In this document: one piece after another, positions 39,491 through 51,476 of the stretch
Layout: the number at the start of each line of letters is the position of its first letter
Numbering within the stretch: the first letter of the stretch is position 1
Assembly (NCBI RefSeq): GCF_001194135.2
Contig: NC_068988.1
Location: 19,874,745-19,928,135 of the forward strand
Source of the DNA: Octopus bimaculoides
Lineage: Eukaryota
Length of the DNA stretch: 53,391 nt
Direction of reading: 5' to 3'
Translations under genes and position numbers: made by a program
The notes under the pieces: model-generated
The model's database searches: none
What the model saw: the letters and a program-made list of their open reading frames with translations, nothing else
What the model was told of the DNA's origin: nothing

Positions 39491-41575
39491 ACAACAACAA
39501 TCAAGATCAAGGACTAAGCATAAAGCCGTTAAGGAATATGTATAACCCAGATAAAAGAAATAAGTGAAAGTTATGCGGGAAGAAGGGTAAACGTGTGGCA
39601 CCCTTCATCAGTACCCGAGGGAAGAAAACAAAGGCGCCACTATAAAGTTTGTTTAAACCTCCACTATTCATTATGCAAGAAATATTGCTTTCCGACCACT
39701 AGGAAATGGTAACCGTTCATACCAAACCAAGGCCCTAGAAAATCAGACTGCAAATATTTTGTGAGATTTCACAATTCATGAAGATAGAGTTCTTGTTCAT
39801 GCTAGATCAGGCATAACTTTAGGGAAATAATAAACGCTAAGAAGGTGTGTGTTGGTCAACATTTGCCCAAGAGATCATTACATCAATGACAAAGAAAGCA
39901 AGAAATTCATAAAATATGCGGACTTGAGAGGAGATTCAAGAGAATGTGGAAGATGAAAGTTATAGTGATACCAATTGTAGCAATTCGGTCGGAGATGAAA
40001 ATCCTTTGGAAACACCTCGACATAATTGGAATCTGTCCCAGAATTACGATATTGCAAAAGACAACACTTCTGAGAGCAGCAAATGTCCTGAAAGAACAAC
40101 TGCCTATCTGAAGTTATATAACATAAGTAAAACGATCTAATGTTAAAAATCATCGCTGCGCAAATGAAAGAATATAATATGGTAATGTAATTTGAAATAT
40201 GAATATAATATGAAATATGATAATTATCACAGAAATCATAAGAATGGCGATGATGATAACAACAACAACAACAACTAAAAGAACCACACTACTAATAAGC
40301 TCTTTACATGGCGCACCTGATCATTTGATTCATGACATCAAATATTCTTCATTATATCTCATTTGATTTGTTTATGAATTAATTATATTCCTTTTTTTTT
40401 TTTATTTTCCTGTATTATAACATGCTTCTTTGTAATCTTTTAGTTATTGATGTTGTTTTAAACCGGATCAGGATTGTTTTAGTCATAGCCATACTATTCG
40501 TTAGCCGGTAGCTAAGATATCTGATATATAATAAGTCCTGGGATCATTTTCAGACATCAGTATTTGCTCATGTAATGTCGTCGGCAGAACGTTTTGGTGG
40601 TGACGTGTAAGAAGATAGAAGGTTACTAACTTCCTTTAACGTTTTTCTTATCGTGATTTGCGCACCATATTCATTCAGATATTACGACCTTCTCGGCTTA
40701 TGGCCGGATATACATACACAGATATATTTGTTAGTAAGTAGGTATGCATCATCAATCAATGTTTCAGTGTGTGTGTGTGTGTGTGTGTGTAGGAGAATTA
40801 TCAGGACAGTTATAGTCTACTGAATTTCATTTCAATGACATTCAACGATCCGAAATTATCGATAGAAACGCTTGCCTAAAATGCTTTCATGTGAGATTGA
40901 TGTGAGATCGTCACCGATAACAAATTACAAAATTCGCAGAAGGTTTAAATTCATCAGTATCTCGTTTTGTTTTCTTTCATAAATCCTAATTACTATAGAT
41001 CTAATGATAAAATAATTAGTGTCCATAAGCTTTGATATTTTAATACAATTGACAATGTAGCGACACTGAAATTTAATAAATATATTTTGTCACTACTGAA
41101 GTATATCGTTCTATTTTAGAGTGCCTACGCTTATTTCTTACTTCGTTTCCTATTGTTTTCCCCGTCCTTTCATGTCCAGCATAGATTTCACATTCACCTT
41201 AGAATGTCTGTTCCTTCCTCTTACCTTATACGATACTTTTCCATGTGTGACTGTTTTCTAGTAACTTAAATAATCATGTTTATTTCACTACATGGCCTGC
41301 CGTTACCATTCAAGTGATTATAGAATACATGGGGCAAGGCTCGAAGATTCCAGGATCTATCAAAATAAATTTATTTGCAGTCAATACTGCTATAGTTGGG
41401 CAGTATTCAACATATTGAATGCAGGAAACCAAGTCTAATCAATAATCTAGCAGTGGAAGGCAAGATTTATTTTGATCGAAAATAATGTAAGTTTTAAATG
41501 ATGTTATCTTAAAATACTATAGAAAAATTTACAATCTACTTGCAGGAAGTTAAAATATTTTGCGTTCAATATTTT

Positions 41576-41698
41576 CAAGAAATAGACAGAGAAAAATCCC
41601 AGCAATTGTTGAGAGGCTCAGGACACAAAGCAGAGAATGAAGGATGTTTAATTGCTGCACAAGACCAAAGCCTCCCCACCAGAAATTAGCAAAAACAT
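41576..41698 (+). mobile_element. R4/Dong-like (RLE-type) non-LTR retrotransposon fragment
   Basis: In-frame QEIDREKSQQLLRGSGHKAENEGCLIAAQDQSLPTRN*QKH matches the post-RT motif S..WL....L..ETEG..IAAQDQ.L.TRNY of this clade. Confidence 0.75.
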
Positions 41699-41913
41699 AG
41701 GGGTATTTTATCCTGTTCAGGCTATATTATTAGCATTATCCTGCGATTGAGAATTTAAAAATCACTTTTTAAACTTTCTAATACATCTCAACGCTTCTAA
41801 AAGGAAACTTCGTTTGTTTGTTTACGTTTGTCGGAATTAGAATTTAACATATGATAGCGTCTCATAAAGCGAGATTTCTATACATCTTAAATTTGCAGAA
41901 GAATCTGTAGTGA

Positions 41914-41988
41914 GGGAGTTTAGCTCAATCGGTCAGAGCATCGTGACGCATAATAACGGAGATGTGAGTTCGAGTCCACAGCTAACCA
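41914..41988 (+). pseudogene. tRNA-Ile(AAT)-like pseudogene
   Basis: Intact D arm (GCTC-AATCGGTCA-GAGC), TAATAA anticodon-loop core, T loop GTTCGAGTC and TTTT at 41998-42001. The acceptor stem mispairs and the anticodon arm has a small insertion. Confidence 0.6.
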
Positions 41989-42354
41989 CCTACACTCTTT
42001 TCTTCAAAATAGGGGTAATTTCATTATACTTCGAAACTAAACTCTTCAAGCGCAGAAAATCTTAGACGATGCAGTAAAAGCAATGTGTAGAAGGAGAGTG
42101 ATTGATATCTGCTCCCCCTTTCATAGCTTATAAAACGTTATATCTTAAAAACATGATGGTTGTTGTTTATTTGGAACATAGAAATTATTTTACATGCATA
42201 CACAAAGTGGACACAAAAATATAAATCCAATATCACTTGCAGGAGTTCTTAAATAGACTTCTGAATATGGCAAAGGCTGAAGAAAATTTCAACGCAACAC
42301 CTGCTCTGGCGCATACACTTGTTAACATGTCTCATGATTATAATAGTTGACTGA

Positions 42355-42455
42355 TGGAATTTTGACCATCCAAAAGAAGCTATTTTAAAGAAATACCTGA
42401 TGCATGTTAACGAGCTATGTTCTCGATTTCTTGAATATTTTCCCCATATCAAAAG
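42355..42455 (+). mobile_element. Possible hAT-Charlie transposase scrap
   Basis: EAILKKYLMHVNELCSRFLEYFPH loosely resembles the I..HL..L...F..YFP motif. Confidence 0.2.
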
Positions 42456-43501
42456 CTCCAGAGCATGTAAAACTGTTCGTGCAGTGTTAAAGAAAAAAAC
42501 TTGCATTAAAAGTGTGATGCTGTCATTAGTAAACTTTGGTAATGTTCTTGATTAGACTCTCCAGGAGAACGTTAATAGCGCGCATGAGTAGAGCTTCCGT
42601 GAGAGTTATTTCAGTAAACTCCACTGAAACGCAATGTCTCTTTCGGGACAAACTATCTAAATTAATATTATCTTTCTACGTTTTTCGTAAAATGAAGACG
42701 TTTCGTTGGAAAGTTGATTTCACTACTAATTATAACAATACCAAGCCTCTCGAACTATGCAACAAGAAACTGATATACATTTGCTGGAACAACAGCAGTA
42801 CCAGTAGTAATAGAAGCGGCAGACGCAGCACCAGCAACAGAAGCAGTAGCACCAAAACTAGATTATATTACTTAACTGATTTACTAGAAATAGCAACCAA
42901 TTCTCTGTCGATTCCCAACCAATCATTTCCAATACAACAGAGGTTCATATTTGTAGTAGATACACCTCTAAAATGTAGGATGCTTCTGGGTAGAACTGCT
43001 CCATCGGGGCAGACATCCAGTTAAATAACTTAAATACCAGCGATAGTCATTCGATAATATGTGCGCTGACACATGAGAAATTATATATCGACATTTTCGT
43101 AATCAAGTTCACACGGTTCTAATCATCGATAGATTGACACTTTGCATTCCTTTGTATGTGAAACAATTTTGCTAGCTGCATATGACACCAAATATTCTTT
43201 GAAAGACTAGTATTGGCGCACAAGAAGAATTTTTGGATTTGCAATAAACAATAATAGCAAAGACATTAGGTTACGTTAATCGTTTGAATCACAGATTTCA
43301 CACTTTATTGGGAAATAGTAATTTTTTTCTGACGCGCGTAGCTATAGGTTTTATTGAATTTGGCAAAAGTTTCATAACTTTATATACAAATATATATTTC
43401 TGTGCATGTTAGCATAATGTGAGTATATACGAAGCAAACGTGTAATATATATATGTATATATATATATATATATATNNNNNNNNNNNNNNNNNNNNNNNN
43501 N

Positions 43502-43591
<90 letters not shown>

Positions 43592-43617
43592 GTTATTATT
43601 ATTGTTATTGTTATTAC
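43502..43617. repeat. (ATT)n microsatellite
   Basis: Direct read of the sequence. Confidence 0.98.
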
Positions 43618-44150
43618 TGAGAAAGAAGAGCATGCCTTCAAAGTGACACTGGGGTAAAATATACGAAGCCCAAGATACACATCAGGACTACCTGCTTGAT
43701 AAGGGTACACCAGTTACATGCATCACAAACATATCTGCGTGACATGGTGATCTCGAATCAAGATACACACCGCATGACCTTTCGCTTCGAGCCCAGTTTG
43801 AATTTTCTTCACGTCGAGTACCACATCCCGCTCAAAAGGTCCCCGAATAATGGTCGTGTAAGGATGATGAGCAAAGCACCAAAATTTCCAGATGTGAATT
43901 ATTCAAACCCCAAATAATTTCTGTCAACATACGGCTATGGTGAACCCCCATTACTTCTCTTCGTGATCAGAGACACACATATTGCCATCCACTAAGGGAC
44001 ATGCTTAACTGGTTAAAGTCAAACAATTGACAAGCACATCTGAGGTATGGAGTAGAATATTTGCTGCAGGCATGTTTTATACCAAGACGAAACATGTAAA
44101 GTTAAGATCAGAAGGCAACATTGCCATTGCCTGGTATTGCTTCAGTGTAT
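43618..44150 (-). mobile_element. Putative ~500-bp retroposon whose 3' tail is the adjacent (AAT)n
   Basis: GC-richer non-coding block abutting the array. It resembles a dispersed repeat I recall from octopus DNA (unverified). Single copy in this window. Confidence 0.45.
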
Positions 44151-44774
44151 TTATTATTATCATTGTTGTTTTCGGTGTTGGTGGTGGTGCCGTCGTCGTT
44201 GCTTTTGTTGTTGCTTTTTTTATTATCATCATCATTAATGTACCACTGATTTTTTCTCATTCTATCTATGATGAGCTACCGACATTTCCTGCCGCTATTT
44301 TCTTACTGCACCCACGGTTATAAAATCTCGATAATACCATGTCGTCGAACTCTAAAAACTAGCTGGTTTCCAAGTGTAATTGGTCTACAATATTCAACAT
44401 CAACAGTTTGCTTCTTAAACTGTTGTTTGGTAATCAATAATTTTCCTGCCAGTTTAAGGCCTGCAATGTATAATCGATGAACGACAGGACTGCTGTCTAT
44501 AATGTAATGATTTTTTTCTCTTTGTATTTTAGTTTCTTTTTTTTTTCCAAGGCTGCTAGTTTTGCAAATTATTATGCGTGATTATTGTAACTTTCGAATC
44601 CAATACATCAGAATATACCACTGCTGTTACAGCAAATGTGTTAATGTGTTCTATAATATCGTTTATTGTATAATTCAGACTTTGGAACTGCTCACATCTT
44701 TGAAACCAATCATACTTTAATTGCTTTCTCATATGTTATAACCAAATGGGTTTTCTGTTATCTAAGATAAATTA

Positions 44775-45610
44775 CACTATGTCACAGAATTTTGTCAAAT
44801 TTTTGTTTATCCTAACCTTTGAGTGCTTATTATGCAAATTTCTACACCAATTCCGAAAATGATCTTCCTCTCTACCATCGACCGTTGCTAAATTTTATAA
44901 TTAGGGGAAGGATGAACTGCTCAAATTTACCTAAAATGTGGGCCAGCTAAAGAAAATGGTGGCTTTTGGTTTAAACTTCTAATGAATTATCAGTGATAAG
45001 GTACTCCTCTTTTCATGGTACTGTGCGGGTATGCCAATTTCATTTTAGTCTCAGAAATTTGATGGACTTCTTTCTGGTGTAGTAGGACTGTCCACTAAGT
45101 GGTATATTGATCTGATACTAATATTTTTCTCTTTTCTCTTTAAGCTCTGTACTGCGAACATTATTCTAAATTTTCTTCACCATGGCTGCTAGAGGGTGCA
45201 AAGATTCGTCAGATTATTTCTGATATGCGATACTATGTTGGAACAAGGCATGTATCACATAAAGTTGTGAAAGGTGCCAAATACTAGAAGGGTTATAAAC
45301 TTTAATTTGGATTGAATTTGGATGACTAAGCTAAGCGTTGGGCCCCCGTGTCATATGTGAAGTTGGCAGTCTAATTTAGGATAGTTGAGAGGTTAAAAAT
45401 GTGTTATGGCTTTTTCTATTTGAAAAGTATGGTGAGTGCCAAAAAAACCATCACGATAGTTGCTATTCTGGCATGGTTGATGCAGCAGTACAGAAAAGTT
45501 AAAGGAAGACAAGCACTTCAGCATCCCAGCATATTGTCCTCTATTGCACCCGTTCCAGAAGACGACAAGTTACTAGTACCACAACTACCAGGAAATATAA
45601 GTCAGGCGCC
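44775..45610 (+). mobile_element. Chapaev3-like (CMC superfamily) transposon 5' end with decayed transposase N-terminus
   Basis: TTA|CAC terminus at 44772-44777. ATG at 45182 gives MAARGCKDSSDYF*Y, then, across frameshifts, KRWAP/VICEV, KNHHDSCYSGMV and HPSILSSIAPVPEDDKLLVP, in the order of the Chapaev3 zinc-finger region. Confidence 0.7.
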
Positions 45611-45625
45611 ATAGACAGTAGGTAG

Positions 45626-46197
45626 GCTAAAGAAGGTATTCACACACGTAAGGTGCTGTTATCTTTTTGATGGGATATGAGAGGTTTCGTTCATTCTGAA
45701 CTTTTAAACCCAAACTAAATGATTACAAAGGAAATCTACTGTGAGCAGTTTGAGCGGCTAAAGTCAACGGCAGAAGAAAAATGAGCAACTTTGGTTTCAA
45801 GACGAAAGGTTTTCTTCCATCGAGATAATGCTCGGCCACATACAGCGAGGATGACATTCCAAAGGCTGGAGTAGTTTGAATGGGAAACGATGCCCACCCA
45901 CCATATTCGCCGGACATTGAGCCATCTGATTATCATTTATTCTGCAGTTTTCAATATCACGTGAACGAAAAAATATAGATTCTGTAGACGAGCTCAGAAC
46001 AGTACTGGAGGAGTATTTTTCGTTACGTCCAAGTGAATTTTCGAAGAGGGGCCTTGCAAGTCTACCAGAGAGATGTAAGAGCATTGTAGAAAATGAAGTA
46101 GAGTATATTTTAGATTAGAAAAGGACTTTGTTTATCTTAATTTTGAAAAATAAAGGAAATATAGAAAAACGCACTATTTCTGTGATAACCCACTATA
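45626..46197 (+). pseudogene. Mariner 3' half (cecropia/Hsmar1-like) with right TIR
   Basis: KVLLS..WD.RG.VH.ELL...IT.EIYCEQ..RLK, FHRDNARPH, HPPYSPDIEPSDYHLF, RGLASLPERC...YILD*. The TIR aaaaacgcactatttctgtgataacccac ends at TA. Confidence 0.92.
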
Positions 46198-46261
46198 TAT
46201 ATATATATATATNNNNNNNNNNNNNNNNNNNNNNNNNNNNNNTGTGTGTGTGTGTGTGTGT

Positions 46262-46293
<32 letters not shown>

Positions 46294-46982
46294 ACATGTA
46301 TGTGTATTTGATTTGTTACCCTTAACCGTTTGAGAAAATGTATTCGTGTCTTTACTTCCATGTACTTCCTTTGTCTTTCTATGTTGCGGTTCGGCAAACG
46401 GGTCCAAAAGCTCTAGAGTTAATATTAAAAATCCTAGAAAGCGGTATACCAACTGAGTCTCCATCATTTGAGTGAAGCACGTAAATGTCACTTGCTATAA
46501 GATAAAATACGAATACATAGTACTTTTGTAAAATTTCCTTCCTGTAGAATTTGAAATTATCTGTTCTCTTTTTTCTACCTTCAAAATTTCTATATGAAGA
46601 AAATGAAGCGAACATGTTAAAATTATAAGTGAATTTATTATTAATACTGAACAGATGTTCAGGCAGCGAACTACATGTTGTATGCGACGGAATGTAATAT
46701 GTGGATAGAAAATACAAATTTCAGCGGCAGAAAAGCGTCTTTTAAGTTAATTAGAATCTAACGTATATAGTAAATTTAGAATGTAGGTGTATCAACTCAC
46801 ATAAACATTGCTACTGATACAGTTCTTCTTCCACAAATGATATCATATGGTTTCTGACGCTAAATACTGATTATATAGTTCGAATTAATTTAAAATATAA
46901 AAGAAAAAATAAATAAGAATACTAAGATAGCAAAATATCTATGGTAACATGGAAACTGCGGTGCAATATTTGTTCCAGTTCT

Positions 46983-47330
46983 AAGGCGGCGAACTAGCAG
47001 AAAGGGTAGCGCGCTAGGTGAAAGGCTTAGCGGTATTTCGTCTGTCTTTATGTTCTGAGTTCAAATTCAGCCGAGGTCGATTTAGCTTTTCATCCTTTCG
47101 GGGCCGATAAATTAAGTATCAGTCACACATTGGGGCCGATCTAATCGATTGGCCCCGTCCCCAAAACTTCCGGGCCTTGTGCCTAGAGTAGAAAAGAATA
47201 TTTGTTCCATTTCTTTCAGTTCTGAGTTCAGGTGACGCCAAGATCAACTCAGCCTTTCATCTTGTTGGGTGATAAAATAAAGAGCCAGTCAACATCTGGA
47301 GTGGTTGCAAAGACTGAAACTTCTATTCTG
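46983..47330 (+). mobile_element. SINE family C full copy (46983-47200) followed by a second degraded copy (about 47215-47330)
   Basis: Head ggcggcgaactagcagaa, B box gagttcaaattc, body tttcatcctttcggggccgataaattaagta. aatatttgttcca occurs on both sides of the first copy (46965-46977 / 47197-47209), a candidate TSD. Confidence 0.9.
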
Positions 47331-47750
47331 AAATGCTGATTCCGTACCTCAATTAGAATAATCTACTTTTTGCAGAGATATTTATGCAACTTTTTCTTTA
47401 ATATCACCTGCACAGTATTTGACATAACTGAAACGTGAGTACGTATTCACACCAGAATTACCATTCATACATCATCATTAATATGTTGGGTTTTAAATAG
47501 ATTAACGTCAGGCCGAATCATGTTCATTCTCCGCGTCTTTCTGATTTTCTACTGAGTTTTTGTAAAGAAAGAATATTTTTTTTATACACAGTTGATCCTG
47601 ATAAATGTTTTTTTAAACACCCATCGAACTGCGATATTATTAAATATCTATTTATAACAAATATTTGTCTTCTTCAAGTCATAGAAAAAACTCCGCTTTC
47701 AGATTGGGTCTTTTTATCATTACCATTACTGTTGATACTAAATATAATAT

Positions 47751-48191
47751 TGATTTCAAATATGGGCACAAGGCCAGCAACTTCGGATGAAGTATAAGTC
47801 GATAATATGAACTCCACCGCTAATTGTTTTTCAACTCCGCAAGGATGAAAGGCAAAGTCGACCACGGAAGAACTTGAACTCAGATCGTAAGGTCTGGCGA
47901 AATGCTACTAAATATTTTTCCCGGCGTGCTAACGATTCTGCCATCACGCCGCCTTTCAGATTGAGTATAAAAATAGATTTCAAATTTTTACACAAGGCCT
48001 TCAAGTTCGGAGTTAAATCGATTACATCATCCTCAGTGTTTGACTAATACTCTTCTTATCGACCCCGAAAAGCAAAGTCGACCACGGAGAACTTGAACTC
48101 AGAACATGAGACAGACGAAATGCCATTCATCATTTTCCCAGCATGCTAACGATTCTGCCAGCTCACTGCTTTTCAGGCTGAGTATAATATT
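47751..48191 (-). mobile_element. Tandem pair of SINE family C, period about 217 bp
   Basis: Both units match the reverse complement of family C and share the flank tttcag..tgagtataa. Confidence 0.88.
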
Positions 48192-50393
48192 GACAGCCTT
48201 AATATGTCGTTCGTATGTTTATTCTGGAACATGATTCATGTGTTTGTCAATCCACGTAACTAGAATCTTTTGGTTCAGGAAGAAAAATGTCATAAATAAG
48301 TTTCTTCTCTCAAATATTTTAAGTGGCATATTTTATTGTAAACACTTCAGAAATACCAGACATTTTTCCTGCATTATTGGTCTTCCCACAGAGAGATGCT
48401 GCAATGAAGACATACATTGCTGTACTCGTTGCGCAATAGCAACAGAAGGAAAAATGAAACTAGAAATATAATAAAAATATTTTCCGCCACAAAAGTCGAG
48501 AATTGTGATGTTTATGTTCGTTTGCAATAATATTTCCTAAAGTAATGTCAACATGCTTCTTCGGATCGAAAACCGTTGCCAAAATTATTTACCCTTCACA
48601 CTATTAACGAAAACTTCTGTAATACTGAGAGAAAGAAAAATTGCATATACATATTTACTAATAACCTGTTGATAAAATTCTTCAAAATTGTAAAGAAAGG
48701 TTGACAGAATTATAGGAATACATGTTTGAGCGAAATTGATATGTATGATAACAGCTCACTGCATATCATATATGATCTTAGGGTTAGGGTTAGTGTATTA
48801 GACACAAGGTAGGTATTAGACACAAGTGTACATATAGTTCTAGTTTTATAATATACAAAAACAAAAGAGAGTAATGAATGACAGCGCTCTTTTCATAATT
48901 AGGGTAAGGAAGTGTGAGAGACGGGTATATAGGGAAAGGTAGATATACAGAGAGACAGACAGAGAGAGACAGTGAGAGAGAGAGAAAGAGAGAGAGATTA
49001 AGACACCTTGAAAGAAAGTGAACAAGCAACTATGGCACAGAGCACGATTTTGATCATTCGAAACTCTTAATGCTTTCGTATTGAAGTATTTTCTGTTTAG
49101 CATGGAGAGAAATTTTAGAAAAATGAAAGTATGACAGTATGGCATCTTAGTCTACACTTGTTGCTGCTTCTCAAGTGATGCTATGCAGACATAGCTGAGA
49201 GCCGATTGCATTCTTACCGCTGTTGCCGGATGATGTATACAAAGCGTAGTTACGTTACTAGATATATCGCTCTAGGTTTGAATTTTAATTCAAAAACTCT
49301 TTCTTCTTTTAAATATTGAATATACAAATGCTCACAATCCTACAAACGAAAAGCTGCAAATTTTCATCAGGTTTTTTTTTTATAAGAAATATCGAAATTT
49401 TAAAACTGATGTTAAGTCCTTTAAAAATTGTTTCCCTCCAAAACATCTTTGTACAGCTATTGTAATAAGCAATGTACAAATGTGCGAACTGACGAAACCA
49501 GTTGTTGTGGCAAATAGATGGATACTTAAAGATTTCGCTTTCTGTTTTATCGGTATAACGATGTAGTTTTCGTCAGATATTAAGAACACTGCCGTAATAA
49601 ACCAATTGAATAATATGGAGCTTTGGTGTCCCGGATATACTGAAACCGGTAGGTTTCAATCATTTAGATGGATTAGATAAGGCCGTCCATTGCATACCGG
49701 TGCCAGTATCTCAAACAGTATATCATTGTCGTGGCTATATTTACACAACTGTATACTACATGGTCTAAGATTTCTTTATCGAGCATCTTAACATCGAAAA
49801 ATGTAAAAAGTAGAAGACTAATGGACTAACGTGACACATTGAGTTTAACAGCACAAGGCACAACTATACATGCATACGCGCATCACCTGATGAAATATGC
49901 TAATGAATCATTGCAACCACATAATTCGAGCACGAATCTCTGCTTTATCTTCATTGAAGTATAACAAAACTAAGAAGGAACACGAGAAGTATAATGAGTT
50001 GTATACAGCACCATATTGAATATCATAAAATAACTCACTCTCTTTGTTTCTCTCTGTCTGTCTGTGTATCTCTCTTCATACATACATACATGTACGCATC
50101 CATGCATACATACACACACATAGATACATACAGACACAAACGCACACATACACATATACATACACACACACACTCACACATCTGTGCATATGTGTGTGTG
50201 TGTGTGTGTAAATTTAGTTTTGATACTGAATTTTGCGTTGCTTTTATCTTCAGTAACTGACTTATAATTTCCTAACACATTTTTTTTCTACACTCTATTT
50301 TAATCTTATAAGCAAACGCAAATACACGTCTAACTTAAGCATATAACAGCGTACTGACAACGTTATTGCTGATATGTATATAGAAACATAATT

Positions 50394-50570
50394 TTCACTT
50401 GTTTCAGTTATTCGACCGTGGCCATGCTTGGGCATCATCTGAAGAGTTTTCAGTCGAACAAATCGGCCCCGAGAGTTATTTCTATGATCGGTACTTATTC
50501 TACCGTCTCTTTTGACGAAACGATAAGTTATAGAGACATAAACAAAACATCACGTTAGCAAAGCGTATCT
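50394..50570 (-). mobile_element. SINE family B, 3' half
   Basis: Reverse complement aligns with the 3' part of 3943-4332 (aataagtacc...gatt(t)gttcgactga...catggccac...gaaacaag). Confidence 0.75.
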
Positions 50571-51090
50571 GGGCGATGTCTACAAATCCCTGAAACAAGG
50601 GACCAAAGATCAGATTTGGGAGGGTCAAGTGTATGTATGTGTCACCAAAGGCACATAAAACAATTATACGTACCATGCTACAAGCTTCCAAGTCATGTTT
50701 GCTAATGAGTGCTATGCTTCTATTTTGTTATGCTGGTTTTGAAATTGCACATAAACTAATTAAACTTAATTGCAATACAGCTCAATATAAAGAAAATTAA
50801 TTTCTATATCGCTCAATGTAAATAAATTTTATTTCCAGGTAACTTGTGTTCTTACAACCACGTCTGATCGACTAAATAAACAGCATATAGTTGAATGGTT
50901 GCTATTGATTAAAGGTGCGTGCACACCTACAAAGAAGCTTTATTATCAAGGGCATTCTAGTCTTCACAATTACGTTCAAGAATGACTAGGATTACATTTT
51001 CTGATGAGCCTATAGCTCTCTATGAAGGTAGGGTTTTATTTGACGAAGGCTTGCCTGCTATTGTTAATATGTACTGAATATTGGTCCGCC

Positions 51091-51476
51091 GTGGAGGCGC
51101 AATGGCCCAGTGGTTAGGGCAGCGAACTCGCGGTCATAGGATCGCGGTTTCGATTCCAAGACCGGGCGTTGTCAGTGTTTATTGAGCGAAATCACCTAAA
51201 GCTCCATGGGGCTCCGGTAGGGGATGGTGGTGAACCCTGCTGTACTCTTTCACCACAACTTTCTCTCACTCTTACTTCCTGTTTCTGTTCTACCAGTAAT
51301 TCAAAGGGCCAGCTTTGTGACACTGTGTCACGCTGAATCTCCCCGAGAACTACGGTAAGGGTACATGTGTCTGTGGAGTGCTCAGCCACTTGCACGTTAA
51401 TTTCATGAGCAGGCTGTTCCGTTGATCGGATCAACCAGAACCTTCGTCGTTGTAAGCGACGGAGTGCCAACAACAA
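51091..51476 (+). mobile_element. SINE family A, full length
   Basis: High identity to the 27405 copy; no clear TSD. Confidence 0.97.

Noticed and set aside
33089-40606. Scattered plus-strand acceptor/donor pairs (33089, 33689-33736, 38933-38980, 39049, 40554-40606)
   Set aside because: There is no consistent phase or recognisable protein when joined, and pyrimidine-AG motifs are abundant in AT-rich DNA.
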